Shown: positions 53,472-63,843 of the stretch, one piece after another
Numbering within the stretch: position 1 is the first letter of the stretch
Layout: every line of letters starts with the position of its first letter
Source: an uncultured cyanobacterium
GTDB lineage: Bacteria; Cyanobacteriota; Cyanobacteriia; Cyanobacteriales; CAWUOF01
NCBI GenBank assembly: GCA_963744145.1
Contig: CAVUSO010000001.1
Coordinates: 3,296,001 to 3,360,000, forward strand
Length of the DNA: 64,000 nt
Direction of reading: 5' to 3'
Notes under the pieces: generated by a model
The model's input: the letters and a program-made list of their open reading frames with translations, nothing else
Databases searched by the model: none
Told to the model about the DNA's origin: nothing
Made by a program: the position numbers and the translations under genes

Positions 53472-54218
53472 ATGAATAAGCTGCCACAAATCACAGTATT
53501 ATTTTGGGTGATGAAAATCTGTGCTACTACCTTGGGAGAAACTGGGGAAGATCTTTTATCGATGACGTTAAATATAGGCTATGAGTTTAGTTCGCTGATC
53601 TTAATTAGCATATTTTTAGCTACCCTGGTAACTCAATTAATTTGGAAAAGCTATAACCCATTACTTTATTGGACTGTGATCCTTTCCACTAGCACAGCTG
53701 GGACAACAATGTCAGATTTTATGGATCGGACTTTAGGACTGGGCTACGCTACGGGATCAACAATTTTACTCAGCTTACTCTTAGGGATTTTAGCATTCTG
53801 GCGATTCAGCGTTGGGTCTCTATCTGTTAATCGAGTGGAAACACCAAAAGTGGAACTACTTTATTGGATTACCATCCTAGTTTCTAATACTTTGGGTACT
53901 GCTTTAGGAGACTTTCTCGCTGATTCTTCTGGACTTGGATTTGTCGGAGGAGCGCTGCTAATTTCTGGTTTACTCGCTCTAGTATTAGCAGCATATTATT
54001 TTACTCCAATTTCGACTGTGATGTTGTTTTGGATTGCCTTTGTTTTAACCCGACCATTTGGTGCAACTTTGGGAGATGTTCTGACCAAAGCACATCAACA
54101 AGGTGGTCTAGGTTTTGGAACGATTGGCTCATCAATAGTTCTTTTATCAATCCTGGTAGTCTGTATTATATTCGTTACTTTAAGGGAGAGAAATATTGCC
54201 AGACTCGATCAGAATTAA
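53472..54218 (+). CDS. COG4705/DUF347 membrane protein
   Basis: FWVMKICATTLGET, YW..NTLGTALGD, FW.AFVLTRPFGATLGD. Confidence 0.85.
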   Translation: MNKLPQITVLFWVMKICATTLGETGEDLLSMTLNIGYEFSSLILISIFLATLVTQLIWKSYNPLLYWTVILSTSTAGTTMSDFMDRTLGLGYATGSTILLSLLLGILAFWRFSVGSLSVNRVETPKVELLYWITILVSNTLGTALGDFLADSSGLGFVGGALLISGLLALVLAAYYFTPISTVMLFWIAFVLTRPFGATLGDVLTKAHQQGGLGFGTIGSSIVLLSILVVCIIFVTLRERNIARLDQN

Positions 54219-54279
54219 TCTGTTTTTTATTCTGGTCATTCGGAGCGCGATCGCGCTCCTGTAATCGATTAGCTTAGAT

Positions 54280-55473
54280 AATAGAGAAATTAAATGCCCA
54301 CACTGTAATAAGATTATAACCGAACTACATCAAAACCGACCAATTCTAATTAGAGATTTATCAGTTTTTGGTAAACCAGTATATTTGAAAGTACCACGGC
54401 GTCGATTCTATTGTCGTAAATGTCAACGTTATTCAACCGAAAAGCTGGATTGGTTAGATTGGGGACGCCGACATACTCAAAGATATGAAGCTAATATTTT
54501 TGAGAGAGTTAAAGGAGCAAGTATTTCTAGAGTAGCGTCGGAAGAAGGACTAAGTTTTGATGAAATTGAAGGGATATTTAAACAGGTCAGTAAAGCGAAA
54601 ATAAAACCAGACTGGGAACCAGTAAACCGAATCAGCATAGATGAAATTGCCATGCGGAAAGGGCAGAAAAGTTTTCAAACAGTAGTCAGTAATTTAGAAA
54701 GAGGAAAACTGAGCCGTAGGGGCGTATTGCAATACGCCCCTACTGATGGTCATAATCAAGAATCAATTGTTGAAAAGCTGATGCAGCAATCATTAGAGAT
54801 TAGAGAAATGGTGAAGGGGCGTATTGCAATACGCCCGTACATAGATATGTGGGGAGGATTTGCAAAAATTATCCCACAAATCTGCCCAAATGCTCGAATA
54901 GTTACTGATAGATTTCATGTCATGAAACCATTAATTAATGAACTCAAAAGAATTGCTAATCAGGTGGGAATTAAAACCTGGAAAGAGCTAGCATTAATTC
55001 TCAAAAATAACGAGCAATTAAACGCAAGAGAACTAGAAGAATTAGAGAAACTATTAAAGAAATCAAAACCTCTGAGAATAGCTTATGATTATAAAGAGGA
55101 ATTTCGTCAAAAATAGGTCGATACTAAAACGGTGGAAAAGGGGAAAGAGTTATTTACTAAATGGTTAGAAAAAGCATCTTGTATCTATGGACAAGTAATC
55201 CAAACAATTCAAAATTATTTAGATACAATTTGCAATTATTTTCTGAGCCGTAGTAGTAGTGGAGTGAGGTCAGGAATCAATAACAAAATCAAACAAATAA
55301 AACGTCAAGCCTACGGATTTACTAATTTTGATAATTTTCGTCTCCGACTTTTAGCTGGTTTTATTGATTAAAAAAAGTTTCAATTAGTAAAATATTCAGG
55401 AGCTTGGAGATTTTTTAAATAGTTAGTTTTGTTTGGTATTACATAATTTTATCACCATTAAACCATAAGACCC
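54280..55473 (+). mobile_element. ISL3-family element remnant: 5'-truncated transposase with in-frame TAG, right end intact
   Basis: CPHC zinc finger, SIDEIA, DMWGGF, DRFHV, INNKIK.IKRQAYGF; terminal AAGACCC at 55467-55473. Confidence 0.85.
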
Positions 55474-55610
55474 GTGCAAACTTTAGTTTATAATAATATC
55501 TTTTTGTATCAACATGGGTGTTTAGGGAAAATGATATAATTGCTAGACAATGCTATTATATTAATTTAGTTCTGTGCGATCGCACTTAACAATACCACAA
55601 ATCAAGCTTT

Positions 55611-55790
55611 TTATTCGTCCGTTTCTGGTTTCTTTTCTATCACTTGCATAGAATTGGTCTCGGCTCTTGCTTCTTCTAAGCTTAATCCTGTTCTGATGAA
55701 ATATAGTTCTAGAGGAGCATTCTTACTATTAGCCATAATTTCCACATATTCTGTATCTAACAAATCAATCTTTTCTATTTGCGCTGCCAT
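55611..55790 (-). CDS. Small hypothetical protein
   Basis: Short ORF MAAQIEKID; no motif recognised. Confidence 0.35.
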   Translation of the reverse strand: MAAQIEKIDLLDTEYVEIMANSKNAPLELYFIRTGLSLEEARAETNSMQVIEKKPETDE

Positions 55791-55902
55791 TAGATTTTCT
55801 CCAAATATCAAGCTTTCTTCTCAAATTCTTGCTCAAGCTATTTATAATCTCTGCAATCCTATCAAGCATCTCAAAACAGTCGGCGGGCATGCAACAGGAT
55901 TG

Positions 55903-56448
55903 TTAGACCATTGTATTTAGAGCAGGTAGCCAGGGAATATCTGTAACACCTGGTTCATAGCCAAGTTGTTTGATCAGTGTTGTGATCTGTCCTCGATGAT
56001 GGGTTTGATGATTGAACATATGTGTCACCAAAATCCAAGTAGGTAGGACTCGGCGTTTTCCATCTACATTGCTTGTGTACTCAAATGGTTGTCTGAGCCA
56101 CACAGGATCGAGCTTCAGAGACCATTCTAAAATTTGCTGATCTATCTTCTCTCGCTCTACTCTTAGCTCTTCAAAATTCGTATATAGCTCCTGCCCGATC
56201 GCTGCAACGGAGAATGGGTTGTTGGTAAAACGTCCCATCCATGCTTTATCGCCATAAAGTATGTGATTCAATGTTTCATGAATAGACTTAAAGAAGGCAC
56301 CAATATCTTGCTTACGTTTTTCGTTAGGAATTTTTGAACAAACCAAGTATAGATTCTGGTTCATCCAGCAATTGTACTCAGCCATTAGTTGGTAGTAACT
56401 GCCATCATACATACTCATTGCTATTATCCCAAAACTTTTTATCATCAA
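55903..56448 (-). CDS. DinB family protein
   Basis: YNCWMN, FFKSIHETLNH, HMFNHQTHHRGQ. Confidence 0.9.
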   Translation of the reverse strand: MMIKSFGIIAMSMYDGSYYQLMAEYNCWMNQNLYLVCSKIPNEKRKQDIGAFFKSIHETLNHILYGDKAWMGRFTNNPFSVAAIGQELYTNFEELRVEREKIDQQILEWSLKLDPVWLRQPFEYTSNVDGKRRVLPTWILVTHMFNHQTHHRGQITTLIKQLGYEPGVTDIPWLPALNTMV

Positions 56449-56462
56449 GTTTAAAGTTTAAC

Positions 56463-57060
56463 GGGAGCATCCCACTTTTACAATAAGTATTTTTACTTAT
56501 TGTAATGAATAATTAAATACAGGACAATAGAAAAGTACAACAACCAATTAATTGACACCAAAAAATGACACCAGAAGAACAAATGATTATTGAAAAAAAT
56601 TTAGTAGAAGTAGCCGCGATTCTATATAGCTATACACTAGCTGAGGAATTAAGTGACTTTGAACAAGTAGAATTGAGTGTGATCAAACAAATATTGGAAC
56701 AAATAGCACCTCAAATTGGTAATTTTTTTGGCTCTCCTAGACTGAGTATGAAAAATAATGGCTGAAACCTATATATAGCGTAAGATTCACGGCAAAAAGA
56801 ATAGAATTTGATAAATTTATCAAATGTTTTGCGTCAATCTTTTACGTGTAAGTCTTTCAGCTATTTTTAGGGCTAGTTTACCATACCAAGTCTAGGAGAG
56901 CCTTTTTTTTAAACGCAGCAGGAGGGAAGAAAGCCGGACGTTTAAGAACCATTAAAAGTTGTGTAGGGGAAATCTCATTATCAACTCTCACAAGCACAAA
57001 GACTGAAATTAAAGAAAAAAACTCGTTTAAGTCCAGTCTTAGAAAAAAGTTCTTTAATCT
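56463..57060 (+). mobile_element. ISKra4-type transposase remnant (left end GGGAGCATCCCA) interrupted by a MITE
   Basis: MTPEEQ..VAAILY..PQIGNFF, resuming after the MITE with AGRLRTIKSCVGE..RLSPVLEK. Confidence 0.7.
56730..56902. mobile_element. 173-bp MITE with GGCTCTCCTAGACT terminal inverted repeats, inserted in a poly-T run
   Basis: 21-bp TIRs with 2 mismatches; T7 and T8 flanks. Confidence 0.85.
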
Positions 57061-57157
57061 TAATCAGCTTTAGAATCATTTATGATGGAAATCAGATAGT
57101 TAAATGATCAAAATATTTGCTATCCTTTATCCCCGACAGGAGAAAATCTCAAATCTT

Positions 57158-58081
57158 ATGACCCGGTTTCCCCACGACCAATTTGCGAAAGAATACCTGA
57201 AAGAATTATTAACCTCATTAGGACAAGTAGAAACCAGCCGTAAAGTAGCTGGAGAAGTCAGGGAAATCGATGTATGGTTTACTCCATCATCAACAACGAA
57301 CCAGGAAGCCCAAACCTTGGGATTACTAGCAAAAATTGCTACCACTCCCGCCATATTTGAACCATTTCGCCATGCAGTCACCAGTCGGCAAATTCGCAGT
57401 TGTATGGGTAAACTGTTTGCGGTGGAAGCCGAACTAGAACGTCAGGCGAAACGAGAAATTACTACTTTTAACGAATCGGCATTACCCAAATTATGGATTT
57501 TCACCCCCACCGCCTCACCACTGTTATTGGAGCAGTTCAGAGCCATTGCCGCTCCGGAAAACTGGCTAGCTGGAGTTTATTTGTTAGCAGAGGGTTTAAA
57601 AACGGCGATCGTCGCCATCCATCAGTTACCACGTACTCCTGAAACCCTATGGCTGAGAATTCTGGGCAAGGGAACAGTGCAAAAACAAGCGATTGAGGAA
57701 TTGACGGCACTGCCAGCAGATAACCGATGGCGAGTAAATACGCTAGAATTATTATACAATCTGCGAGTTATTCTAGAGGCCAATCAAAATTTAGAGCCAG
57801 AAGACAGGGAGTTAATCATGGAATTATCACCACTTTATTTAGAAAGACTTGATACAGCTTTACAATCAGGAATTCAACAAGGAATTCAACAAGGAATTAA
57901 ACAAGGGATTCAACAAGGAGAACGGATTGTGGTGGAAAACTTATTGAGGATTCGCTTTGGTAACTTGGATGATGAATTACAGGGAATTATGGAACCATTG
58001 CTAAAATTAACACCAGAAGAATTCACTCGATTACTGTTGCAATTATCCCGCGATGAACTATTAGCTAGGTTGAGGAGATAG
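57158..58081 (+). CDS. Rpn/YhgA-like PD-(D/E)XK protein with QQGI repeats (copy 1)
   Basis: MTRFPHDQFAK, REIDVWF, FEPFR, TLWLRILG, QGIQQG, RFG. Confidence 0.8.
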   Translation: MTRFPHDQFAKEYLKELLTSLGQVETSRKVAGEVREIDVWFTPSSTTNQEAQTLGLLAKIATTPAIFEPFRHAVTSRQIRSCMGKLFAVEAELERQAKREITTFNESALPKLWIFTPTASPLLLEQFRAIAAPENWLAGVYLLAEGLKTAIVAIHQLPRTPETLWLRILGKGTVQKQAIEELTALPADNRWRVNTLELLYNLRVILEANQNLEPEDRELIMELSPLYLERLDTALQSGIQQGIQQGIKQGIQQGERIVVENLLRIRFGNLDDELQGIMEPLLKLTPEEFTRLLLQLSRDELLARLRR

Positions 58082-58328
58082 CATCAGAAGTGATTTGATT
58101 AATAATTGTTTTATTCTGACCAGCGCGATCGCCCCTCCATTCACCAACCCGGTGGTTCTAGACAACCGGGTTCTTTAGTGAGTGCGCTCATCCTGAGCAA
58201 GCAATTATCTCAGGTGCGATCGAACTTTTCATCCCTGTGTATCCGATCAGAAAGAGCGATCGCCTGAAATCGTTACAGCAATTACCTTATGATTGGTCTG
58301 GTAATCGTGTTAGGCTGATGAAAGACTG

Positions 58329-58772
58329 ATGGTAAAACTCTATTATCGAGGCATGGTAGAAGAAAACGGTAAACCTAAAATGGGACGCAGCGCGAGGCTA
58401 CTGGGAGTCAGACCTGGTATTGACATTGATGTTGAGCAAGTACCTAAAGACTGGTTGGATGAACAAGGTTATCTACGACCCGAAGCAGAACGGAAATCTT
58501 CGGAGGAGTCTGTTACTTTAGTCATTAGAAACAAGAAAGGAATGTCGGTGTCTCTTTCGATCGAAGCCTTGCCAGTATTCCGCAAACCCACAAAATTTGG
58601 TGGTATAGGGAAAGATCCTCTTTGGCAGATTGACGCCATAAAGATCGTCGGAGATATTGAAGCTGTGCAGGATAGTCCAACTCATGTCAGTATTTTGCCA
58701 AGTGCTACAATGCTTTTAGAGAAATATGAAGCAGCACTAGCAAAAACACAGCAGGAATGGGAGAAAGTTTGA
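58329..58772 (+). CDS. Tse2-like ADP-ribosyltransferase-fold toxin
   Basis: YYRG, KGMSVS, THVSILP..M.LEKYEAAL. Confidence 0.6.
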   Translation: MVKLYYRGMVEENGKPKMGRSARLLGVRPGIDIDVEQVPKDWLDEQGYLRPEAERKSSEESVTLVIRNKKGMSVSLSIEALPVFRKPTKFGGIGKDPLWQIDAIKIVGDIEAVQDSPTHVSILPSATMLLEKYEAALAKTQQEWEKV

Positions 58773-58802
58773 TAGTTTAATTTAGTTAACTGGAGAACCG
58801 CA

Positions 58803-59327
58803 ATGGCATGGGTGTTTAGCTTATCGGCAGAATGTGGGACAAAGCTATTTGAAGCAGAACAATTTGCTCAATATTTCAATGAAATTTCCTGGGTTCTTTC
58901 AAATGGTATACACTCCCAATGTCGGGCTGCAATTTTCCAGGATCTAGAAGAAAATTGGTGGTGTCGAGTTTGTCCAAGTGGCATTAGTGAGATTGGGATT
59001 GACCAGACCGAAAGTGCTGATTTAATGACAGAAATAGGTATCTTTTTATATCAGGCTTTGCGTTTGGCTCCACGGTTTCGGTATGCTTTAGTTGGTATAG
59101 AAGTAGATGAGTTTAGAACCTACAGCGAATTGATTGAAGACTCTACTTTGGTTTTCCCAGGATTAGTTTTGAGTGAAAATGTTTGGCAAGCAACTGGATC
59201 ATCTTCAGTTTTTCACTCATTTAGTCTTGGATATGTTTGGAAACCATATCAAGGTGAAGTTGATCGACCACTAATTGCATCACCCGAGCTAAAGAGCAAG
59301 CTTGATGAATTACTGAGTGTGGGGTAA
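58803..59327 (+). CDS. Hypothetical protein, candidate immunity protein
   Basis: Acidic 174-aa ORF 30 bp downstream of the toxin-like gene. Confidence 0.5.
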   Translation: MAWVFSLSAECGTKLFEAEQFAQYFNEISWVLSNGIHSQCRAAIFQDLEENWWCRVCPSGISEIGIDQTESADLMTEIGIFLYQALRLAPRFRYALVGIEVDEFRTYSELIEDSTLVFPGLVLSENVWQATGSSSVFHSFSLGYVWKPYQGEVDRPLIASPELKSKLDELLSVG

Positions 59328-59433
59328 ATCTCTTCATTCATGCGATCGCTCTAGGCTATGATGGAGATCAGATAGTTAAATGATCAAAATATTTGCTATC
59401 CTTTATACCCGACAAGAGAAAATCTCAAATCTT

Positions 59434-60369
59434 ATGACCCGGTTTCCCCATGACCAATTTGCGAAAGAATACCTGAAAGAATTATTAACCTCATTAGGAC
59501 AAGTAGAAACCAGCCGTAAAGTAGCTGGAGAAGTCAGGGAAATCGATGTATGGTTTACTCCATCATCAACAACAAACCAGGAAGCCCAAACCTTGGGATT
59601 ACTAGCAAAAATTGCTACCACTCCCGCCATATTTGAACCATTTCGCCATGCAGTCACCAGTCGGCAAATTCGCAGCTGTATGGGTAAACTGTTTGCGGTG
59701 GAAGCCGAACTAGAACGTCAGGCGAAACGAGAAATTACTACTTTTAACGAATCGGCATTACCCAAATTATGGATTTTCACCCCCACCGCCTCACCACTGT
59801 TATTGGAGCAGTTCAGAGCCATTGCCGCTCCGGAAAACTGGCTAGCTGGAGTTTACTTGTTAGCAGAGGGTTTAAAAACGGCGATCGTCGCCATCCATCA
59901 GTTACCACGTACTCCTGAAACCCTATGGCTGAGAATTCTGGGCAAGGGAACAGTGCAAAAACAAGCGATTGAGGAGTTGACGGCACTGCCAGCAGATAAC
60001 CAATGGCGAGTAAATGCGCTAGAGTTATTATACAATCTGCGAATCATTCTAGAAGCCAATCAAAATTTAGAGCCAGAAGACAGGGAGTTAATTATGGAAT
60101 TATCACCACTTTATTTAGAAAGACTTGATACAGCTTTACAATCAGGAATTCAACAAGGAATTCAACAAGGAGTTCAACAAGGAATTCAACAAGGAATTCA
60201 ACAAGGAGAACGGCTTGTGGTGGAAAACTTATTGAGGATTCGCTTTGGTAACTTGGATGATGAATTAGAGGGAATTATGGAACCATTGCTAAAATTAACA
60301 CCAGAGGAATTCACTCGATTGCTGTTGCAATTATCCCGGGATGAACTATTAGCTAGATTTAGCAGATAG
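59434..60369 (+). CDS. Rpn/YhgA-like PD-(D/E)XK protein with QQGI repeats (copy 2)
   Basis: Near-identical to copy 1, with one extra 12-bp repeat unit. Confidence 0.8.
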   Translation: MTRFPHDQFAKEYLKELLTSLGQVETSRKVAGEVREIDVWFTPSSTTNQEAQTLGLLAKIATTPAIFEPFRHAVTSRQIRSCMGKLFAVEAELERQAKREITTFNESALPKLWIFTPTASPLLLEQFRAIAAPENWLAGVYLLAEGLKTAIVAIHQLPRTPETLWLRILGKGTVQKQAIEELTALPADNQWRVNALELLYNLRIILEANQNLEPEDRELIMELSPLYLERLDTALQSGIQQGIQQGVQQGIQQGIQQGERLVVENLLRIRFGNLDDELEGIMEPLLKLTPEEFTRLLLQLSRDELLARFSR

Positions 60370-60570
60370 CATCAGAAGTGATTTGATTAATAATTGTTTT
60401 TTATTCTGACAGGCGCGATCGCCCCTCCATTCACCAACCCGGTGGTTCTAGACAACCGGGTTCTTTAGTGGAGTCCTGTATTAATCAATACTCTCAAACT
60501 TTAGAAGTCAAACTCAATAGCAATCATGCCAAAATAGGAATAACATTAAATCTAAATAGGGGAGAAAAAC

Positions 60571-61842
60571 TTGAAATTACTTTGTATTAGTAATGGTCAT
60601 GGAGAAGATGCGATCGCGATTCGGATTTTGCGGGCACTCCAGCAACAACCAAATCCACCAGAACTAGCAGCTTTACCTATTGTAGGGGAAGGAAGAGCTT
60701 ATGCACAATTAACCAATGTACCGATTATTGGTCCAGTCAGAAAAATGCCTTCTGGTGGATTTATTTATATGGATACAAGTCAGTTGCTCCGAGATGTGCA
60801 AGGAGGTTTATTACAACTCACCTTAGCGCAATTTCGAGTCACACGCAACTGGGTCAAAAATGGTGGAGTGATTTTAGCAGTAGGTGATATTGTCCCCTTA
60901 TTGTTTGCTTGGTTGAGCGGTGCCCGTTATGTTTTTGTGGGTACAGCTAAATCAGAATATTATTTACGAGATGAAGCTGGTAAACTTCCACGTAAATCAG
61001 AAAGAGAAAATTTTGAAGGATGGTCTGGATCGGTTTATTTACCCTGGGAGCGTTGTTTAATGGGTAGTAACCGCTGTCAAGCTGTTTTTCCCAGAGATCG
61101 CTTAACCACGGAAACTTTACAAAAATTCTCGATTCGAGCATTTGATCTGGGCAATCCCATGATGGATGATCTGGGAATAGAAAAGTCTCTGTTCGTTGAC
61201 AAAGACATCGAAAAGAAAGAAAATGTGCGACCGCTAACTGTCACCTTAATTCCTGGTTCCCGGGCACCGGAAGCTTATCAAAATTGGCAACAAATTATCC
61301 GCGCAGTATCTAATTTAATTGAAAATTATACTTCCCCAAATTATCAGGTCAATCCTAGACTATTGTTTTTAGGCGCGATCGCCCCAGGTTTAAGTTTTGA
61401 GCCTCTCTGTCAACAATTAGAACTCTATGATTGGCGAAAATTAGAAAATCCTGACGATTTAATCTTTACTTATAAAAATGCTACTTTAATTCTTAGCCAA
61501 AATCATTTTAGTGAATATTTACAGCGCGGAGATGTCGCGATCGCGATGGCTGGGACAGCGACAGAACAATTTGTGGGTTTGGGTAAACCAGCGATCGCTT
61601 TACCGGGTATGGGACCTCAATTTACTCCTGCATTTGCTGAAGCTCAAAGTCGTCTGCTCGGACCATCTTTAATTCTAGTGGAGCGACCTACCCAAGTTGG
61701 TCAAGTCGTGCAAAGATTATTTAGTGATCCTGATTGGTTATATTTAATCGCTGAAAATGGCTATCGACGGATGGGAACACCGGGAGCATCGGTGCGGATT
61801 GCTAAAAGTATTATGGAAAAATTAGGTGAGATGGTTTGTTGA
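60571..61842 (+). CDS. Lipid-A-disaccharide synthase-related protein (TIGR03492-like)
   Basis: SNGHGED, MPSGGF, GNPMMD, PGSR, AGTATEQ..GLGKP. Confidence 0.85.
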   Translation: MKLLCISNGHGEDAIAIRILRALQQQPNPPELAALPIVGEGRAYAQLTNVPIIGPVRKMPSGGFIYMDTSQLLRDVQGGLLQLTLAQFRVTRNWVKNGGVILAVGDIVPLLFAWLSGARYVFVGTAKSEYYLRDEAGKLPRKSERENFEGWSGSVYLPWERCLMGSNRCQAVFPRDRLTTETLQKFSIRAFDLGNPMMDDLGIEKSLFVDKDIEKKENVRPLTVTLIPGSRAPEAYQNWQQIIRAVSNLIENYTSPNYQVNPRLLFLGAIAPGLSFEPLCQQLELYDWRKLENPDDLIFTYKNATLILSQNHFSEYLQRGDVAIAMAGTATEQFVGLGKPAIALPGMGPQFTPAFAEAQSRLLGPSLILVERPTQVGQVVQRLFSDPDWLYLIAENGYRRMGTPGASVRIAKSIMEKLGEMVC

Positions 61843-62049
61843 CACTCTCAGGTCTAAAGACACGCTCGATGCTGCGATTCAATCAGTAATAGACAAGAAA
61901 GCAAAAATAAATAGGACAGGCAAGATGCCTGTCCCACCAGAATAAATAACTTTTGTGGGACAGGCATCTTGCCTGTCAATAACATAGATCAATAAGGACT
62001 TTTGCTTTCTTGTCTAATACTTCAGGAATTTCCGTAGCTAAAGCTTTCA

Positions 62050-63843
62050 TCAATTCTTGATTTGTTGACTGCCCCTTAGTGGAAAAGCTGTTCCTGTTTC
62101 AGTATCAAAAGCCCAAGCTTTGATATTTACCAATCCTTTTGGTAATTTACTAGCAGAAAAAGACTTTTGCCATCCAGCCATCAAGTATACTTGGTTTTTC
62201 GTTGCATTGACAACATCTGGCCTTTCCACTCTGGCATCAGAAATAGCGAAGATTATATCATAACCTTTCTCTTTTTCATAAGTTAACAACACTGCGTCTG
62301 CTGGTTGTTTTTTTTCTGGTAATCTCGCCCATCCTCCAGCCACATATAAATCTTTGACTTGACTAACTTGATCAAACCAACCATAACCTAAACCATCATT
62401 AATAACAGTATTTGTTCCCTGGATATCTTGGACTTTATTAGAATAGATAAACTTAGCATTGATTAAGTTTTTGTTATGAAATAATTTAGCTCGTTTTTTC
62501 ACAGTTATAAGTCTAGGATATACCTTCTCTGTCAAACATTTTTCATCTACCATTACATTGACAAATGCGAGACAGGTTTTTGCGTTTAAACGTTCCAGTT
62601 TTGTCCAATACATTTGGTTAATTGCAAATACACTTGTGAGGATATGTAAAATTAAAAAGCTTACTAATAACACCCCCACCATAGTTTGAGTAATTACTTT
62701 TTTATTTTTGACTAAATAACCTCTATTTTTTGCATCATCAAAAATAATTGCTATCAATCCAACTAAAGCTAAAGGCAAATATACAGAAAAAGTCATGTAT
62801 CTTGATACAATAGAAGTTTCCACACCAAAACCTACCCTTCCTAAGGAAGTAATTATCCCACTAATGACTGTATAAGAGCCAATTACCAACCAACCACTCA
62901 TGCGATAAATTAAGCTGGATTCCTTAATGTGTTTCAGTAAATAAAAGTAAGATACACAAAATACAATTATTAATACTGTCCCAATTATAATATTAATTAT
63001 TATATCGACTTGCCCATCAAAACTATTTATTCCCCCAGCCAAAGGTGAACCCAAGAAAGAAAGGAAGTAGCGAATTGTGTCAATTGGATTTAATAATGCC
63101 ACTAAAAAACTTGGATGATGGGGAGGTTTTTGGTAATTATAAAAGTATACAGCCATGTTAGCTGTAAATGTAGCAATCCAAGGTATATACAACCATTTTT
63201 CTTTAAGATCTTGCCATCGCCAAGTTTTTGATATAGCTAACAGGGGGAAAATGATTAGCCAACTTAACATTCCATTAGCATAAGAAAAGGTACTAATAGT
63301 ACATAAAATCAAGCATAAAATCACCTTAATTATTATATTAATTTCGGAATAAATAACCATCAAACAAGTTGTAATACAAGCAATTGGCATAAAGACGATT
63401 AATTGAACTCCCCATAACCAGTTGTCATATTGGATTGGGGAAAAAATTAATGAATTACAGATAATTGCTATAAATATTACCTTGATTAAACTATCGTTTA
63501 TTGTCCATTTAATTAATTGAAATACATTAATTGAAACTAGACAAGCTAAAGCTAGACTAACCCACATTTGATATCGTACATCCCATTTCCAATTGTTCAG
63601 AGCAGCCAAACCAACGAAAATAAATTTGGGGAATAGATATCTAGTTTCATTTGCTTGGGCTAGCCAATTTTCTAAAGTTAATCTATATTCAGGATAGGCT
63701 TGATTTAAAAATGAGCCAATCTCCCAATCATCCATAAAAGGGATATTCACGCCATTTTGATAAATTAATATTCCAATTAAAAATGCCGGGATGATTGTCA
63801 ATATAAGCCCTGTAAAAAGCCAGATTTTATGATGCTTATTCAT
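62050..63843 (-). CDS. Multi-TM GT-C-like membrane protein with C-terminal soluble domain
   Basis: NIPFMDDW, NETR, FSPIQYDNWLWG, SRY, GWA..RPDV. Confidence 0.65.
   Translation of the reverse strand: MNKHHKIWLFTGLILTIIPAFLIGILIYQNGVNIPFMDDWEIGSFLNQAYPEYRLTLENWLAQANETRYLFPKFIFVGLAALNNWKWDVRYQMWVSLALACLVSINVFQLIKWTINDSLIKVIFIAIICNSLIFSPIQYDNWLWGVQLIVFMPIACITTCLMVIYSEINIIIKVILCLILCTISTFSYANGMLSWLIIFPLLAISKTWRWQDLKEKWLYIPWIATFTANMAVYFYNYQKPPHHPSFLVALLNPIDTIRYFLSFLGSPLAGGINSFDGQVDIIINIIIGTVLIIVFCVSYFYLLKHIKESSLIYRMSGWLVIGSYTVISGIITSLGRVGFGVETSIVSRYMTFSVYLPLALVGLIAIIFDDAKNRGYLVKNKKVITQTMVGVLLVSFLILHILTSVFAINQMYWTKLERLNAKTCLAFVNVMVDEKCLTEKVYPRLITVKKRAKLFHNKNLINAKFIYSNKVQDIQGTNTVINDGLGYGWFDQVSQVKDLYVAGGWARLPEKKQPADAVLLTYEKEKGYDIIFAISDARVERPDVVNATKNQVYLMAGWQKSFSASKLPKGLVNIKAWAFDTETGTAFPLRGSQQIKN

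Larger units (their letters stand above)
57081..60470 (+). repeat. 1.1-kb direct repeats (57081-58180 and 59357-60470)
   Basis: Near-identical DNA including both Rpn-like genes and the downstream AACCCGGT..ACCGGGTT hairpin. Confidence 0.95.

Noticed and set aside
57865..57920. CAAGGAATTCAA tandem repeats as an array
   Set aside because: These are coding QQGI repeats typical of Rpn-like C-termini.
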